From the IMG/VR virus record IMGVR_UViG_3300032212_000702, positions 1 through 25,672 of that record: a stretch of 25,672 bases of DNA, one strand, 5' to 3'. The position numbers and the translations under genes are program-made. This stretch comes from a virus. Lineage: Duplodnaviria > Caudoviricetes. Of this stretch, positions 17,155-25,242 are shown piece after piece. Each line of letters begins with the position of its first letter. Position 1 is the stretch's first letter. A model generated the notes under the pieces. The model searched no databases, was not told where the DNA came from, and saw nothing but the letters and a program-made list of their open reading frames with translations.

Positions 17155-17206
17155 CCTCATAAAGCCCATCACCACTACTGGTGGGTTTTGTTGAGTTTAT
17201 GCTCAG
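17152..17206 (+). repeat. Bulged hairpin repeat, copy B
   Basis: TAACCTCATA-AAGCCCATCA-loop-TGGTGGGTTT-TGTTGAGTTTATGCTCAG; upper stem differs from copy A but still pairs (with G-U). Confidence 0.85.
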
Positions 17207-17227
17207 TTAATTTTTGAGAGGAAACAA

Positions 17228-17467
17228 ATGGCAGCAGTAAAAAAAGATTTTTCAATAGCACTTAAAGAGCGTGATGGTCGCACTTTAGTTGGTTTTGCTA
17301 AAAAACATAAATTGAACAAACAAACTATCTATCATACATTAGATGGAGATTATGAAAGACCAAACTTAAAAACATTACAAGCTTTCATCGCAGAAGATTT
17401 AGAAGAGTTTATCCATGAAAAATACAATCTGTATGTTACAGCAATGAAACTGGAAATGGCAGGCTAA
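17228..17467 (+). CDS. Ner/Cro-like small HTH regulator
   Basis: 79 aa; TLVGFAKKHKLNKQTIYHTLDG HTH; directly before the transposase, as ner is in Mu. Confidence 0.7.
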   Translation: MAAVKKDFSIALKERDGRTLVGFAKKHKLNKQTIYHTLDGDYERPNLKTLQAFIAEDLEEFIHEKYNLYVTAMKLEMAG

Positions 17468-19341
17468 TGGATTATATAACTGTTAAAGATTTTTCAATTG
17501 CGCTTGGTATTACAGCAAGAGGAGCACGTAAGAAAATTGAACGTGAGCAAATAAAAACAAAAAAAGTAGGCAACAAACTTTTAGTATGTATAGACAGCCT
17601 AAGCCCTGAACTTCAAGAAAAAGTAAACGCACAGCGTAACCTTACAAAAGCACCGACACATACATCCCCATTCTCAACGCCTAAACTCGTCGGTGTTTCT
17701 GTAAAGTTACCTAATTCAAAAATATTAGATGAAAAAGTACAAAAGAAAGCTCAAATAGTATCACTTGCTTTAAATGTTCCTAGAGGCAAGAAAAAAGATG
17801 ATTGGGTTAAAGAAGTAGCTCTAAAGTTTGATATTTCAGCAGCTACTATTTACCGCTATATAAAAGCCATGACAGTTGGCGAAAATTGCGAGCTAAGCGA
17901 GAAATATTTAGAACTTGATGGGTTTAGAATTGATTGGGGAAATGTAAGAGGTTGGGATATTGAAGCCTTAGATTGGAGCGTTGGAGTAATACTAGAGCAA
18001 CCAACAGTCTCTCGTGGTTATGTTTTTGAAATGCTTCAAGATAAAGCTTTAGAAGAGAAATGGCGCATAGGAAGTGAAAAACGTTTTTATTTTCACATGA
18101 AAAAAATACCAGAGGCTCTATTAATCCGTTCCGCTCAAGGAAAGCGTGGCATTGGTAACGTGATAGCACCTGATATTAATAGAGATTTGAGCTATTACGA
18201 AGTTTTAGAACTAGTTGTAGGCGACCAAAACATTTTAGACTGGTATGTGTTCGATGATGAACAAAACGTAATTACTCCAGAGCTTTACATGTGGGTAGAT
18301 ATGCGTTCAATGAAAATAGTTGGCATAACTCCAACACTAGGCAAATACAATAAATACCTAATAGGTAAATCTCTTAAAATGGCATGTGAATACGCAGTCC
18401 CTCAAAACATCTACACAGATAACGGTAAACCTGAGTTGTCTCATTACATTACACAACTACGCCCACAACTAGCAGGTTCAAAGTTCCATGATTTAGATGA
18501 GCTACCTGCTGGACTTAAACGTGCAATGGGTCACAAAAAAGCAAAAGTGCGTAACTCAAAAGCAAAACCAATTGAGGGAATTTTTAACCACTTACAAAAT
18601 CGTCTTAAAAACATAACAATGGGAGTTGGCTATAAAAAATACCTAAAAAAAGGAGAGCAAGACGAACAAATTCAAAACCGCCTAAAACAAGACATTAGAG
18701 CTGGACGCTTGTTTCATTATAAAGAGTTTTTTGACCTTTTAATGCAAGCGGTTGAGTGGTGGAACACACATGAAATAAGAACTAGAAAGATTGTACCAGA
18801 TGAGGAGTTTAGAGCACATTTAAGAGACTCTAAATCTGTACGAATAGATAAAGACACTTTAGATTTTATTTTCATGCCTGTAAAAATGCTAAAGGTGCGA
18901 AGTTCAAAAATAGAAATAAAACATAGAGATTTAGAGTTTCCAATTAAATACTTCGCTAAAGAGCTCGGGTTTTACGCAGGTAAAAAAGTAGAGGTTCGCT
19001 ACAACCCAGATGATGTTGATCACATTACAGTAGTAGACCCCCAAAATAGAGAAATCATAGCAATAGCCCAGCGTTCAGATGCAATTAATCCAAAAGATAT
19101 GAAGCAGTTAAAAGAGGCTATGAAATGGCAAGGAAACGTAATAAAAGCATGGGAGGAAGTTTACAAAAATTACACGAAAAAATATAAAAGACCAGTTACA
19201 GCGCAAATTGGTGCGTATGACCACGCAGCTAATGAAGTTGTTAAAAAGACCAAGACAATAAAACGTACAAGTAAAACACTAGCTATGACTAACGAAGAGA
19301 TTAATCGTTCGTTAGCTCAAAGCTTAGAGAAAACATCTTAA
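17467..19341 (+). CDS. MuA-like DDE transposase
   Basis: Two N-terminal HTH regions; catalytic D (VVGDQN), D (IYTDNGK), E (AKPIEGIF); Mu-type C-terminal domain (GKKVEVRYNPDDVDHITV). Confidence 0.95.
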   Translation: MDYITVKDFSIALGITARGARKKIEREQIKTKKVGNKLLVCIDSLSPELQEKVNAQRNLTKAPTHTSPFSTPKLVGVSVKLPNSKILDEKVQKKAQIVSLALNVPRGKKKDDWVKEVALKFDISAATIYRYIKAMTVGENCELSEKYLELDGFRIDWGNVRGWDIEALDWSVGVILEQPTVSRGYVFEMLQDKALEEKWRIGSEKRFYFHMKKIPEALLIRSAQGKRGIGNVIAPDINRDLSYYEVLELVVGDQNILDWYVFDDEQNVITPELYMWVDMRSMKIVGITPTLGKYNKYLIGKSLKMACEYAVPQNIYTDNGKPELSHYITQLRPQLAGSKFHDLDELPAGLKRAMGHKKAKVRNSKAKPIEGIFNHLQNRLKNITMGVGYKKYLKKGEQDEQIQNRLKQDIRAGRLFHYKEFFDLLMQAVEWWNTHEIRTRKIVPDEEFRAHLRDSKSVRIDKDTLDFIFMPVKMLKVRSSKIEIKHRDLEFPIKYFAKELGFYAGKKVEVRYNPDDVDHITVVDPQNREIIAIAQRSDAINPKDMKQLKEAMKWQGNVIKAWEEVYKNYTKKYKRPVTAQIGAYDHAANEVVKKTKTIKRTSKTLAMTNEEINRSLAQSLEKTS

Positions 19342-19351
19342 AGGAGATATT

Positions 19352-20227
19352 TTGAAGACATTAGAAAAATTAAAATCAATAGCTGGTTCAAGTAATGCAG
19401 ATATTGCAACAGCACTAGATACTAGTGTAGCAACCATTAGTGGAGCTATTAATGACTCTCTAAAAAGTAATAAAAAAGCTCTTTATCAAGAAGAGATTAG
19501 AACATATTTAGAAGAAATAATTGCAAAGCGTACAGGTTTTATAACAGCTGACCAGAAAATGGCACTTAATTTTTTAGAGGCTTTCCATGCAAAAGAGAAA
19601 GCTACATCTCTTATGATGGTTGGAGACAGTGGCATTGGCAAAAGTACAGTAGTTAAAAATATGTTCTCAGATAAACACGCAGACGTGCTTTATTTTAAAA
19701 TGAGACGTAACTTAACAGTTTCAAGGATGATGTCTAAATTATTAGGAGTTGTAAGTAGTTCAGATTATGGAACAACAGACCAAAAGTTTGACCGCTTTGT
19801 AAAAGGTCTGCGTACCAAAAACATAAAGACCATAATTATAGATGAAGCAGATTTAATTGTCAAGGATTCACATGAGACATTTAATCGTAAGTTTGAGATA
19901 TTTCGTGAGCTTTATGAAAATGGTTTTCATGTTGTCATAGTTGGACTTCAAGTTTTAGAAGAGGCTTTTCGTGAGCTTACAGAAGATTACGTGCAAAGAA
20001 GAATGGGTAAGTTTTTAAGACTTGGAATCACAATTGAAGAGATGAAAATATTTTGGGAGAAAGAGTTAGGTTTTCCTTTAAATGATGAAGCTAGTGACAT
20101 TATTAACGGTTGTATTGATGCTGGATATTTAGGAACTCTAAAAGAGCTACATGAGAACTACCAAATTACAAATAATTTCAAAGTAGCTAATAACCTTGTT
20201 TTTAATCTTAGAAGGGAGAAGTCATGA
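19352..20227 (+). CDS. MuB-like AAA+ transposition ATPase
   Basis: N-terminal HTH, Walker A GDSGIGKS, Walker B IIIDEAD; follows transposase; AAGGAG RBS with TTG start. Confidence 0.93.
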   Translation: MKTLEKLKSIAGSSNADIATALDTSVATISGAINDSLKSNKKALYQEEIRTYLEEIIAKRTGFITADQKMALNFLEAFHAKEKATSLMMVGDSGIGKSTVVKNMFSDKHADVLYFKMRRNLTVSRMMSKLLGVVSSSDYGTTDQKFDRFVKGLRTKNIKTIIIDEADLIVKDSHETFNRKFEIFRELYENGFHVVIVGLQVLEEAFRELTEDYVQRRMGKFLRLGITIEEMKIFWEKELGFPLNDEASDIINGCIDAGYLGTLKELHENYQITNNFKVANNLVFNLRREKS

Positions 20228-20403
20228 CAGTAAAAAAGTTAAGTGAACATACGGTGATAGTTGTAGAGGGGAAAATGATAATTAATTTAGATATGGAAGA
20301 TGCGCAAGATTTAGCTTACCAGCTTCTTCGTGTGATTGATAAAAATAAATCCCATCCATTAGATGAGAGGCATCCAGAGCTTTCCACAAACCTCACAAAA
20401 TAG
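20224..20403 (+). CDS. Hypothetical 59-aa protein (MTVKKLSEHTVIVVEGKMII...); absent from ORF track
   Basis: ATGA overlap with the MuB stop; GGGAG RBS; fills the gap. Confidence 0.65.
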   Translation: MTVKKLSEHTVIVVEGKMIINLDMEDAQDLAYQLLRVIDKNKSHPLDERHPELSTNLTK

Positions 20404-20421
20404 TGAGGTTGATGGAGTGCT
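20378..20421 (+). other. Bulged stem-loop of similar geometry to the hairpin repeat family
   Basis: TTCCA/TGGAG lower stem, small internal loop, AACCTCAC/GTGAGGTT upper stem; spans an ORF stop. Confidence 0.55.
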
Positions 20422-20451
20422 GCAGCCTCTTAAAAAACAAGGAGTTCTCTT

Positions 20452-20547
20452 ATGGGACAGGCAAAAAAACTAGCGATTAAAATCGCCAAACAAATGATGA
20501 AAAGGAAAAAACGTGGTAAACGTAAAAATAGCAAAACAGACAGATAA
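20452..20547 (+). CDS. 31-aa very basic peptide (MGQAKKLAIKIAKQMMKRKKRGKRKNSKTDR); absent from ORF track
   Basis: AAGGAG RBS 7 nt upstream; overlaps the start of the next gene. Confidence 0.45.
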   Translation: MGQAKKLAIKIAKQMMKRKKRGKRKNSKTDR

Positions 20548-20932
20548 AATCAAAAGCGTCAAGGTTGAAAAAGCCATTGAAGAGCTTGCAAAATTAAAGC
20601 AAGTCTCAGATGATGCTAATGATCAGATGAAAGCTCACAAAGAGACAATCATTGAAGAAGCACGTAAACAGCTTGATGGTACTGATATTCAGACAATTTC
20701 ATTTGGTGTTAGTGAAACTGAGGTAAAAGTCTCATTTTCTTATGACATCAAAATTCAAGATGAAGATAATCTTCTTGCACTATTAGGAGATAGATATTAT
20801 GACTTAACAACTGAGAAAAAAGTTATATCTCCAACAACTAAACTTAAAGAGATGGCTCTTGAAGATGATGGGTTGAGTGACTATATGAGTATTAAAGAAA
20901 AAGCTCCAGCTGTAAGTGTGAAAAAGTTATGA
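20513..20932 (+). CDS. Hypothetical early protein (possibly Gam-like end-protection protein)
   Basis: 139 aa; N-terminal coiled coil then beta-rich part; position after MuB where Mu-like phages carry gam; family not confirmed. Confidence 0.5.
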   Translation: MVNVKIAKQTDKIKSVKVEKAIEELAKLKQVSDDANDQMKAHKETIIEEARKQLDGTDIQTISFGVSETEVKVSFSYDIKIQDEDNLLALLGDRYYDLTTEKKVISPTTKLKEMALEDDGLSDYMSIKEKAPAVSVKKL

Positions 20933-21465
20933 AATTAGCACTTATAGTAGGACACGATGAACATTCTCAGGGTGCAATAAATGAACGCTCAGGTCTTAGT
21001 GAATTTGAGTTTAACAAAGCCTTAGCTCATGAAATTGAGTACGGACTGCGTGGTAGTAGCATTATATGCAAGATAGTTTTTCGTACAGATTACGCAAGAT
21101 TGCCACTAGAGGTTAATAATCTTAAACCTGATTTTATTGTGAGCTTACATTGTAATGCTTATAACACAAAAGCCAGTGGAACTGAAGTTCTTTATTACCA
21201 TAGTTCAAAAATTGGTCGTGTTATGGCAGAACTTTTTCAAAATTCACTACTTGGCGCATTAGGTTTAGCCAATCGTGGAGTTAAACCAAAGCATAGTGAA
21301 GATAGAGGTGGTTTTTTACTGCGCTACACACACGCACCATGTGTAATTTGTGAACCTTTTTTTATTGATAATGATGAAGATTTAGATGTTGCAGCGTCAC
21401 GTCAACATAGACTAGCTACGTCTTATGTTGATGCAATTAAAGATATTGCAGAGGTAATTTCATAG
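20929..21465 (+). CDS. N-acetylmuramoyl-L-alanine amidase (Amidase_3; probable endolysin)
   Basis: Zn ligands and catalytic residues: VGH, SE, VSLHCNA, SGTEV, PCVICEPFFIDN; no signal peptide. Confidence 0.93.
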   Translation: MKLALIVGHDEHSQGAINERSGLSEFEFNKALAHEIEYGLRGSSIICKIVFRTDYARLPLEVNNLKPDFIVSLHCNAYNTKASGTEVLYYHSSKIGRVMAELFQNSLLGALGLANRGVKPKHSEDRGGFLLRYTHAPCVICEPFFIDNDEDLDVAASRQHRLATSYVDAIKDIAEVIS

Positions 21466-21497
21466 AGTTCGCTTTTGCGGACTCTTTTGAGATTATG
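21455..21497 (+). repeat. Bulged hairpin repeat, copy C
   Basis: TAATTTCATA-GAGTTCGC-TTTT-GCGGACTC-TTTTGAGATTATG; same flanking consensus as copies A and B; overlaps the amidase stop. Confidence 0.75.
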
Positions 21498-21511
21498 AAG
21501 AAAGGATATTT

Positions 21512-21790
21512 ATGTTTAAATTTTTAGATATAGCATCACTTAGTGACTATGATGCTGATTTTATTGAAAAAGTTAGACCAATTCTAAAAGAAAATCCAAA
21601 AGGCATTAACCAAAAGAACTTACTTGAAGCTCTTGGACTGCCTGAAGATAATAAAGCAGGTCGTGAGGCACTAGCTAAGTTTACGGGCAAATATTGGAAA
21701 ATTGTTAAAGGTCTTAAAAATGCAAACTTTTATCATTTAATTGTAGAAGATACTGCGCATACTGAACAGACAGGAACAGAATATGAATAA
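21512..21790 (+). CDS. Hypothetical winged-helix-like protein
   Basis: 92 aa; AAGGA RBS; GINQKNLLEALGL...W...Y pattern suggests winged HTH. Confidence 0.55.
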   Translation: MFKFLDIASLSDYDADFIEKVRPILKENPKGINQKNLLEALGLPEDNKAGREALAKFTGKYWKIVKGLKNANFYHLIVEDTAHTEQTGTEYE

Positions 21791-22382
21791 TCAAGACTTA
21801 CTAATGAAACCTATATTATTTAATACTGAAATGGTTAAAGCTATTTTTGACGGACGTAAAATGCAGACACGTAGAATTGTTAAAGGTTCACATGAAGAGT
21901 GGATAATGCAAAGACAAGCTTTTATAGATAACTTTGCTAAATACAAAGTCGGTGATGTTCTTTATATTAGAGAAACATTCGGTGAATTTACACATACAAG
22001 ATTTGACGGAACACATACAAAGATTATTTATAAAGCCGATAGAGATTTAGAGTATAGAGGTGTTAACCCTAGCAACTCAGGTGAGTTTTTTCATGGATGG
22101 AAACCATCAATCCACATGCCAAAAGATTATGCTCGCATATTTTTAAAAGTTACTGACGTAATGGTTGAAAAGTTGCATGATATAAGCCATTCTGACTGTT
22201 TAAGTGAGGGCGTAATTCAATTTGGAAAAGAAGCATACATTGATTATGAAAATCGAGGATTTGCAACATTAACTGCTATAGATAGCTTTAGCACACTTTG
22301 GAATGTTACCGCTCAAAAAGGTTATAAGTGGAATGATAACCCATATGTTTTTGTTTATGAGTTTAAAAGAATTAAACTATGA
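21783..22382 (+). CDS. Conserved phage ASCH/PUA-like protein
   Basis: MKPILFNTEMVKAIFDGRKMQTRR, GDVLYIRETF, WKPSIHMP, WNDNPYVFVYEF motifs. Confidence 0.85.
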   Translation: MNNQDLLMKPILFNTEMVKAIFDGRKMQTRRIVKGSHEEWIMQRQAFIDNFAKYKVGDVLYIRETFGEFTHTRFDGTHTKIIYKADRDLEYRGVNPSNSGEFFHGWKPSIHMPKDYARIFLKVTDVMVEKLHDISHSDCLSEGVIQFGKEAYIDYENRGFATLTAIDSFSTLWNVTAQKGYKWNDNPYVFVYEFKRIKL

Positions 22383-22840
22383 GCCAAAACTACGATGAAA
22401 GTTCAAAGCCTGAAACATGGCAAAAAGGCTTAGAAGAACAAAAAGCAATAGAAGAGCTAAAAAAGGCTCTTGGTAATCTCCAAGCTGGATATAAATGTGC
22501 TGGTGTTCATAATGGAATTTTAAAAATAACATTTGTTTCACGTGCTCACCAGCAAGAATTTATACATAAAAAAGAGCAAATTCTAAATGAGATGCGCCAT
22601 ATCTTTAAGGAAAAAAAGCTTTATAGAAAGATTACATTTAATAGCGTAATAGCAATATACACTTCTAAACCAAATGTAAAACAAACTCAAAAAAGAAAAA
22701 ATTTAGAACTTCCATATCATGAGCGTGCAACTGGTAATTTTGAAATAACATGCGATGGAAAACTAGGAACACTCTTTAGGCAGATACAAGACAATATAAA
22801 AAAGCATACTAGACATAACCCAAAAGGAGACAATCAATGA
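22379..22840 (+). CDS. DUF721/DciA-like protein
   Basis: GILKITFVSRAHQQEFIHKKEQILNEM fits the DUF721 core pattern; C-terminal YHERATGNF...LFRQIQDNIK tail. Confidence 0.55.
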   Translation: MSQNYDESSKPETWQKGLEEQKAIEELKKALGNLQAGYKCAGVHNGILKITFVSRAHQQEFIHKKEQILNEMRHIFKEKKLYRKITFNSVIAIYTSKPNVKQTQKRKNLELPYHERATGNFEITCDGKLGTLFRQIQDNIKKHTRHNPKGDNQ

Positions 22841-23013
22841 AGATGAGAAGTAGAAAAAAATTGAATAAAAGAGAATTTGACCGTAAGGCTCGTAATAATA
22901 TAAATTTTTTTGGAGTAAGTCCATTAAAAATTGATGGAAAAGCAATATTACATCTTGACCTTGATAGACCACTAAATGGAGTAAAAAATGAAATTCGCAA
23001 GAATGAAGATTAG
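22837..23013 (+). CDS. Hypothetical 58-aa basic protein (MKMRSRKKLNKREFDRKAR...); absent from ORF track
   Basis: AAGGAG RBS, ATGA overlap with upstream stop, fills the gap. Confidence 0.6.
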   Translation: MKMRSRKKLNKREFDRKARNNINFFGVSPLKIDGKAILHLDLDRPLNGVKNEIRKNED

Positions 23014-23428
23014 TAGGCTTATCGGCATAGCTCACGCTGCTAAATCAAAACGCTTTTCTAGTGATGATGAACGTAAAGCTTTTTTACAATCACGCTACAA
23101 CAAAGAGAGCCTAAAAGATTTAAGTAAATCCCAATTAATAGAGTTCATTAATTACTGTAATGGAATTATCCGTGAAGTTCGTATGATTGAGGAGTATAGA
23201 AATGGTCTCGGACCATCTACTGGACAAATCAAATTAATCAACAATTTACAAAAAGCACTTAACTGGGATGATGCAACATTTGCTGATTATATATACAGAC
23301 AAACTCGCAAAAAAACAAACGCAAACATTATGCTTCTTACTCAAAAACAAGCTACTTCTATAATAGTTGGAATGAATAGAAGCTATGAATACTCTCATGG
23401 AGTTTTATATACTGAAAAGGACAAATAA
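22988..23428 (+). CDS. gemA: Mu GemA/gp16-like protein (DUF1018)
   Basis: IAHAAKSK...DDERKAFL...KESLKDLSKSQL...QIKLINNL...LTQKQATSIIVGM pattern; position at the end of the Mu-like early region. Confidence 0.8.
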   Translation: MKFARMKISRLIGIAHAAKSKRFSSDDERKAFLQSRYNKESLKDLSKSQLIEFINYCNGIIREVRMIEEYRNGLGPSTGQIKLINNLQKALNWDDATFADYIYRQTRKKTNANIMLLTQKQATSIIVGMNRSYEYSHGVLYTEKDK

Positions 23429-23715
23429 TGTTGTGTCCACATTGCCTAAATGATAAAACACCTGTACTAAAAACAGATAAAGCAAAAAAAATAATTCGCC
23501 TTAGAAAATGTAGTGAGTGCAGTTATGTATTTGTTACACAAGAGTTACATCATTGCAATATATGTGATAGTGAAAAAAGCAAAGTATCATCTACAGTGAA
23601 AGATTTAAAAAATAAACGTTTTAGAATTTGCCTAAATTGCACAAACCGCTACATTACCTATGAGGCAGTATTTATAGATCATCTTTGGAGCTACTATGTC
23701 GAACTCTACTCTTAA
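23428..23715 (+). CDS. Tandem zinc-ribbon protein, Ogr/Delta-like late activator candidate
   Basis: Two copies of CxxC...V..T......R.R.CxxC...(F/Y).T.E in 95 aa; sits after gemA, where Mu-like phages encode Mor/C. Confidence 0.7.
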   Translation: MLCPHCLNDKTPVLKTDKAKKIIRLRKCSECSYVFVTQELHHCNICDSEKSKVSSTVKDLKNKRFRICLNCTNRYITYEAVFIDHLWSYYVELYS

Positions 23716-24958
23716 AGCACTACTTAAAGCAAAAGCTAAAGAAAACCAAGACATTGAAACACTAATTAATAATTTCATTAAAGAACAGGGCAAACTTGCA
23801 AAAGATAAAACAGATACTTTTTTAACAGAGCTTATGGTCTATATTTTAAAAAATGCTAACTCAAACAAAGATAATCTTTTAAAACTTGTAGAGGCAAAAC
23901 TTTCTCACTTGCAGTATGACGTGAGTATTGATGCACTTGAGATAATTTACGCTAAAACAGCAATTGAAGCATCAAAGGCAGGCATTAAATTCACATTTGA
24001 TAAAGTAGATGTAAAAGCACTTGAAGCAATGAGCAAAAATTTTATCTGGTTAAAAGAAGATGGTTCACAAAGAGCGCAAAAACAGATTAAAGATGCAGTA
24101 GAAAAAGCTTTTAAAGGTGATCTAAAAATTAGAGAATTAGGGGCACACTTAAAAGAAAAATTTGGAAGCATAAGCAAACAAAGTGAGAGCTATTTTCAAG
24201 GCGTGGCAGACCACATAATTAGACAAAATCAAAACATAGCAAGACTGCGTCAATATGAAAAATCAGGTTCAAAATATATTCAAATAAGTGCAGTAATTGA
24301 TTCTAAAACTTCAGACATTTGCAGGTCTATGAATGGACGAGTTATCGAGATTGCTCACGTTAGTTCTCAAGCTGACGCACTTCTTAGTGCAAAAAATGTT
24401 GATGAGAAAAAGAAAGCTAGTGCATGGCTTAAAGGTGCACAGTTTGGAAAGCTTCCAACTAATTTTGGACTGCCACCATATCATTTTAGATGTAGAACTA
24501 GGATAGTAAGCTATAGTTCTGCTAATTTAGACGTTGACGGCAAAAAAACAACAGGCGCTAAAAGTTCAAAAAGTAAATATAAAGGTAAGCAAGTTCTATT
24601 TTCGCATGTGGATAAAATAGGAGTTGAGAGGATTGTAACTCGTGATACTTACGAACATTATTCTTATAGCGATAAACCACCTAAAAAAGATTTAATATCT
24701 GCTATGAATTCTATAACAGAGATTGCACCACATGCAGATGTTCACGGACGATATGTTGCATTAACTCAAAAAAATATTGTTCTTGTTTATCAAGATAAAG
24801 AACTTTGGACAGCAGTTCAACTGCCGAGTAAGAATAAAGCAAAGAACTATTTTAAAACTAGTGCGTTAAAATCACAACAGGAGATTATTAAATGGAAAAA
24901 AGAAAATTTATTATCGAAATTGGTGAACGTCATTTTCTCATCAAAAGAAAAGATTTAA
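23696..24958 (+). CDS. MuF/SPP1 gp7-family head morphogenesis protein with C-terminal extension (putative toxin domain)
   Basis: AVIDSKTSDICRSMNGRV and LPPYHFRCRT MuF motifs, followed by about 150 extra residues. Confidence 0.88.
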   Translation: MSNSTLKALLKAKAKENQDIETLINNFIKEQGKLAKDKTDTFLTELMVYILKNANSNKDNLLKLVEAKLSHLQYDVSIDALEIIYAKTAIEASKAGIKFTFDKVDVKALEAMSKNFIWLKEDGSQRAQKQIKDAVEKAFKGDLKIRELGAHLKEKFGSISKQSESYFQGVADHIIRQNQNIARLRQYEKSGSKYIQISAVIDSKTSDICRSMNGRVIEIAHVSSQADALLSAKNVDEKKKASAWLKGAQFGKLPTNFGLPPYHFRCRTRIVSYSSANLDVDGKKTTGAKSSKSKYKGKQVLFSHVDKIGVERIVTRDTYEHYSYSDKPPKKDLISAMNSITEIAPHADVHGRYVALTQKNIVLVYQDKELWTAVQLPSKNKAKNYFKTSALKSQQEIIKWKKENLLSKLVNVIFSSKEKI

Positions 24959-25242
24959 TATCTGTAAATCTTACAAAACGTAATGATGTAGATTGGACAT
25001 CAGAATACTTTGCAGGCTTTTTTCTAAAAGACGATAAAATTGTAGAAATATCAGATATGTTAGCATTTGAACGAGAGATAACTCGTGCATCAGATGATAA
25101 ACGCTTCCATGAAGAGGTAACATTTGAAGTTAAATTCTTAGATAAGAAAATGAAACCTCATACCTTTGATGGTGACTTTATAGAAGCTCTAATATGGATA
25201 AATAAAAGTTGGGAAAATTGGTATAAAGAAGATGACAAATGA
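24892..25242 (+). CDS. Hypothetical 116-aa protein (candidate immunity protein for MuF toxin)
   Basis: CAGGAG RBS; overlaps the 3' end of muF; rich in aromatic and charged residues. Confidence 0.55.
   Translation: MEKRKFIIEIGERHFLIKRKDLISVNLTKRNDVDWTSEYFAGFFLKDDKIVEISDMLAFEREITRASDDKRFHEEVTFEVKFLDKKMKPHTFDGDFIEALIWINKSWENWYKEDDK

Noticed and set aside
16598-17206. Hairpin repeats as integron attC sites (copy B starts GTCTAAC over a stop codon)
   Set aside because: No matching GTTRRRY end pairing with the start, G-U pairs indicate RNA-level structure, and there is no tyrosine integrase in the window
17467-20227. Transposase plus ATPase as an IS21 or Tn7-like element
   Set aside because: No flanking terminal inverted repeats; genes are translationally coupled within a phage early operon with Ner-like and GemA-like genes
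6214-24177. Remaining short track ORFs nested in or antisense to larger genes (e.g. 6214-6459, 9097-9294, 13241-13444, 17924-18169, 22763-23035, 23947-24177)
   Set aside because: Overlap well-supported genes; no motifs or independent evidence
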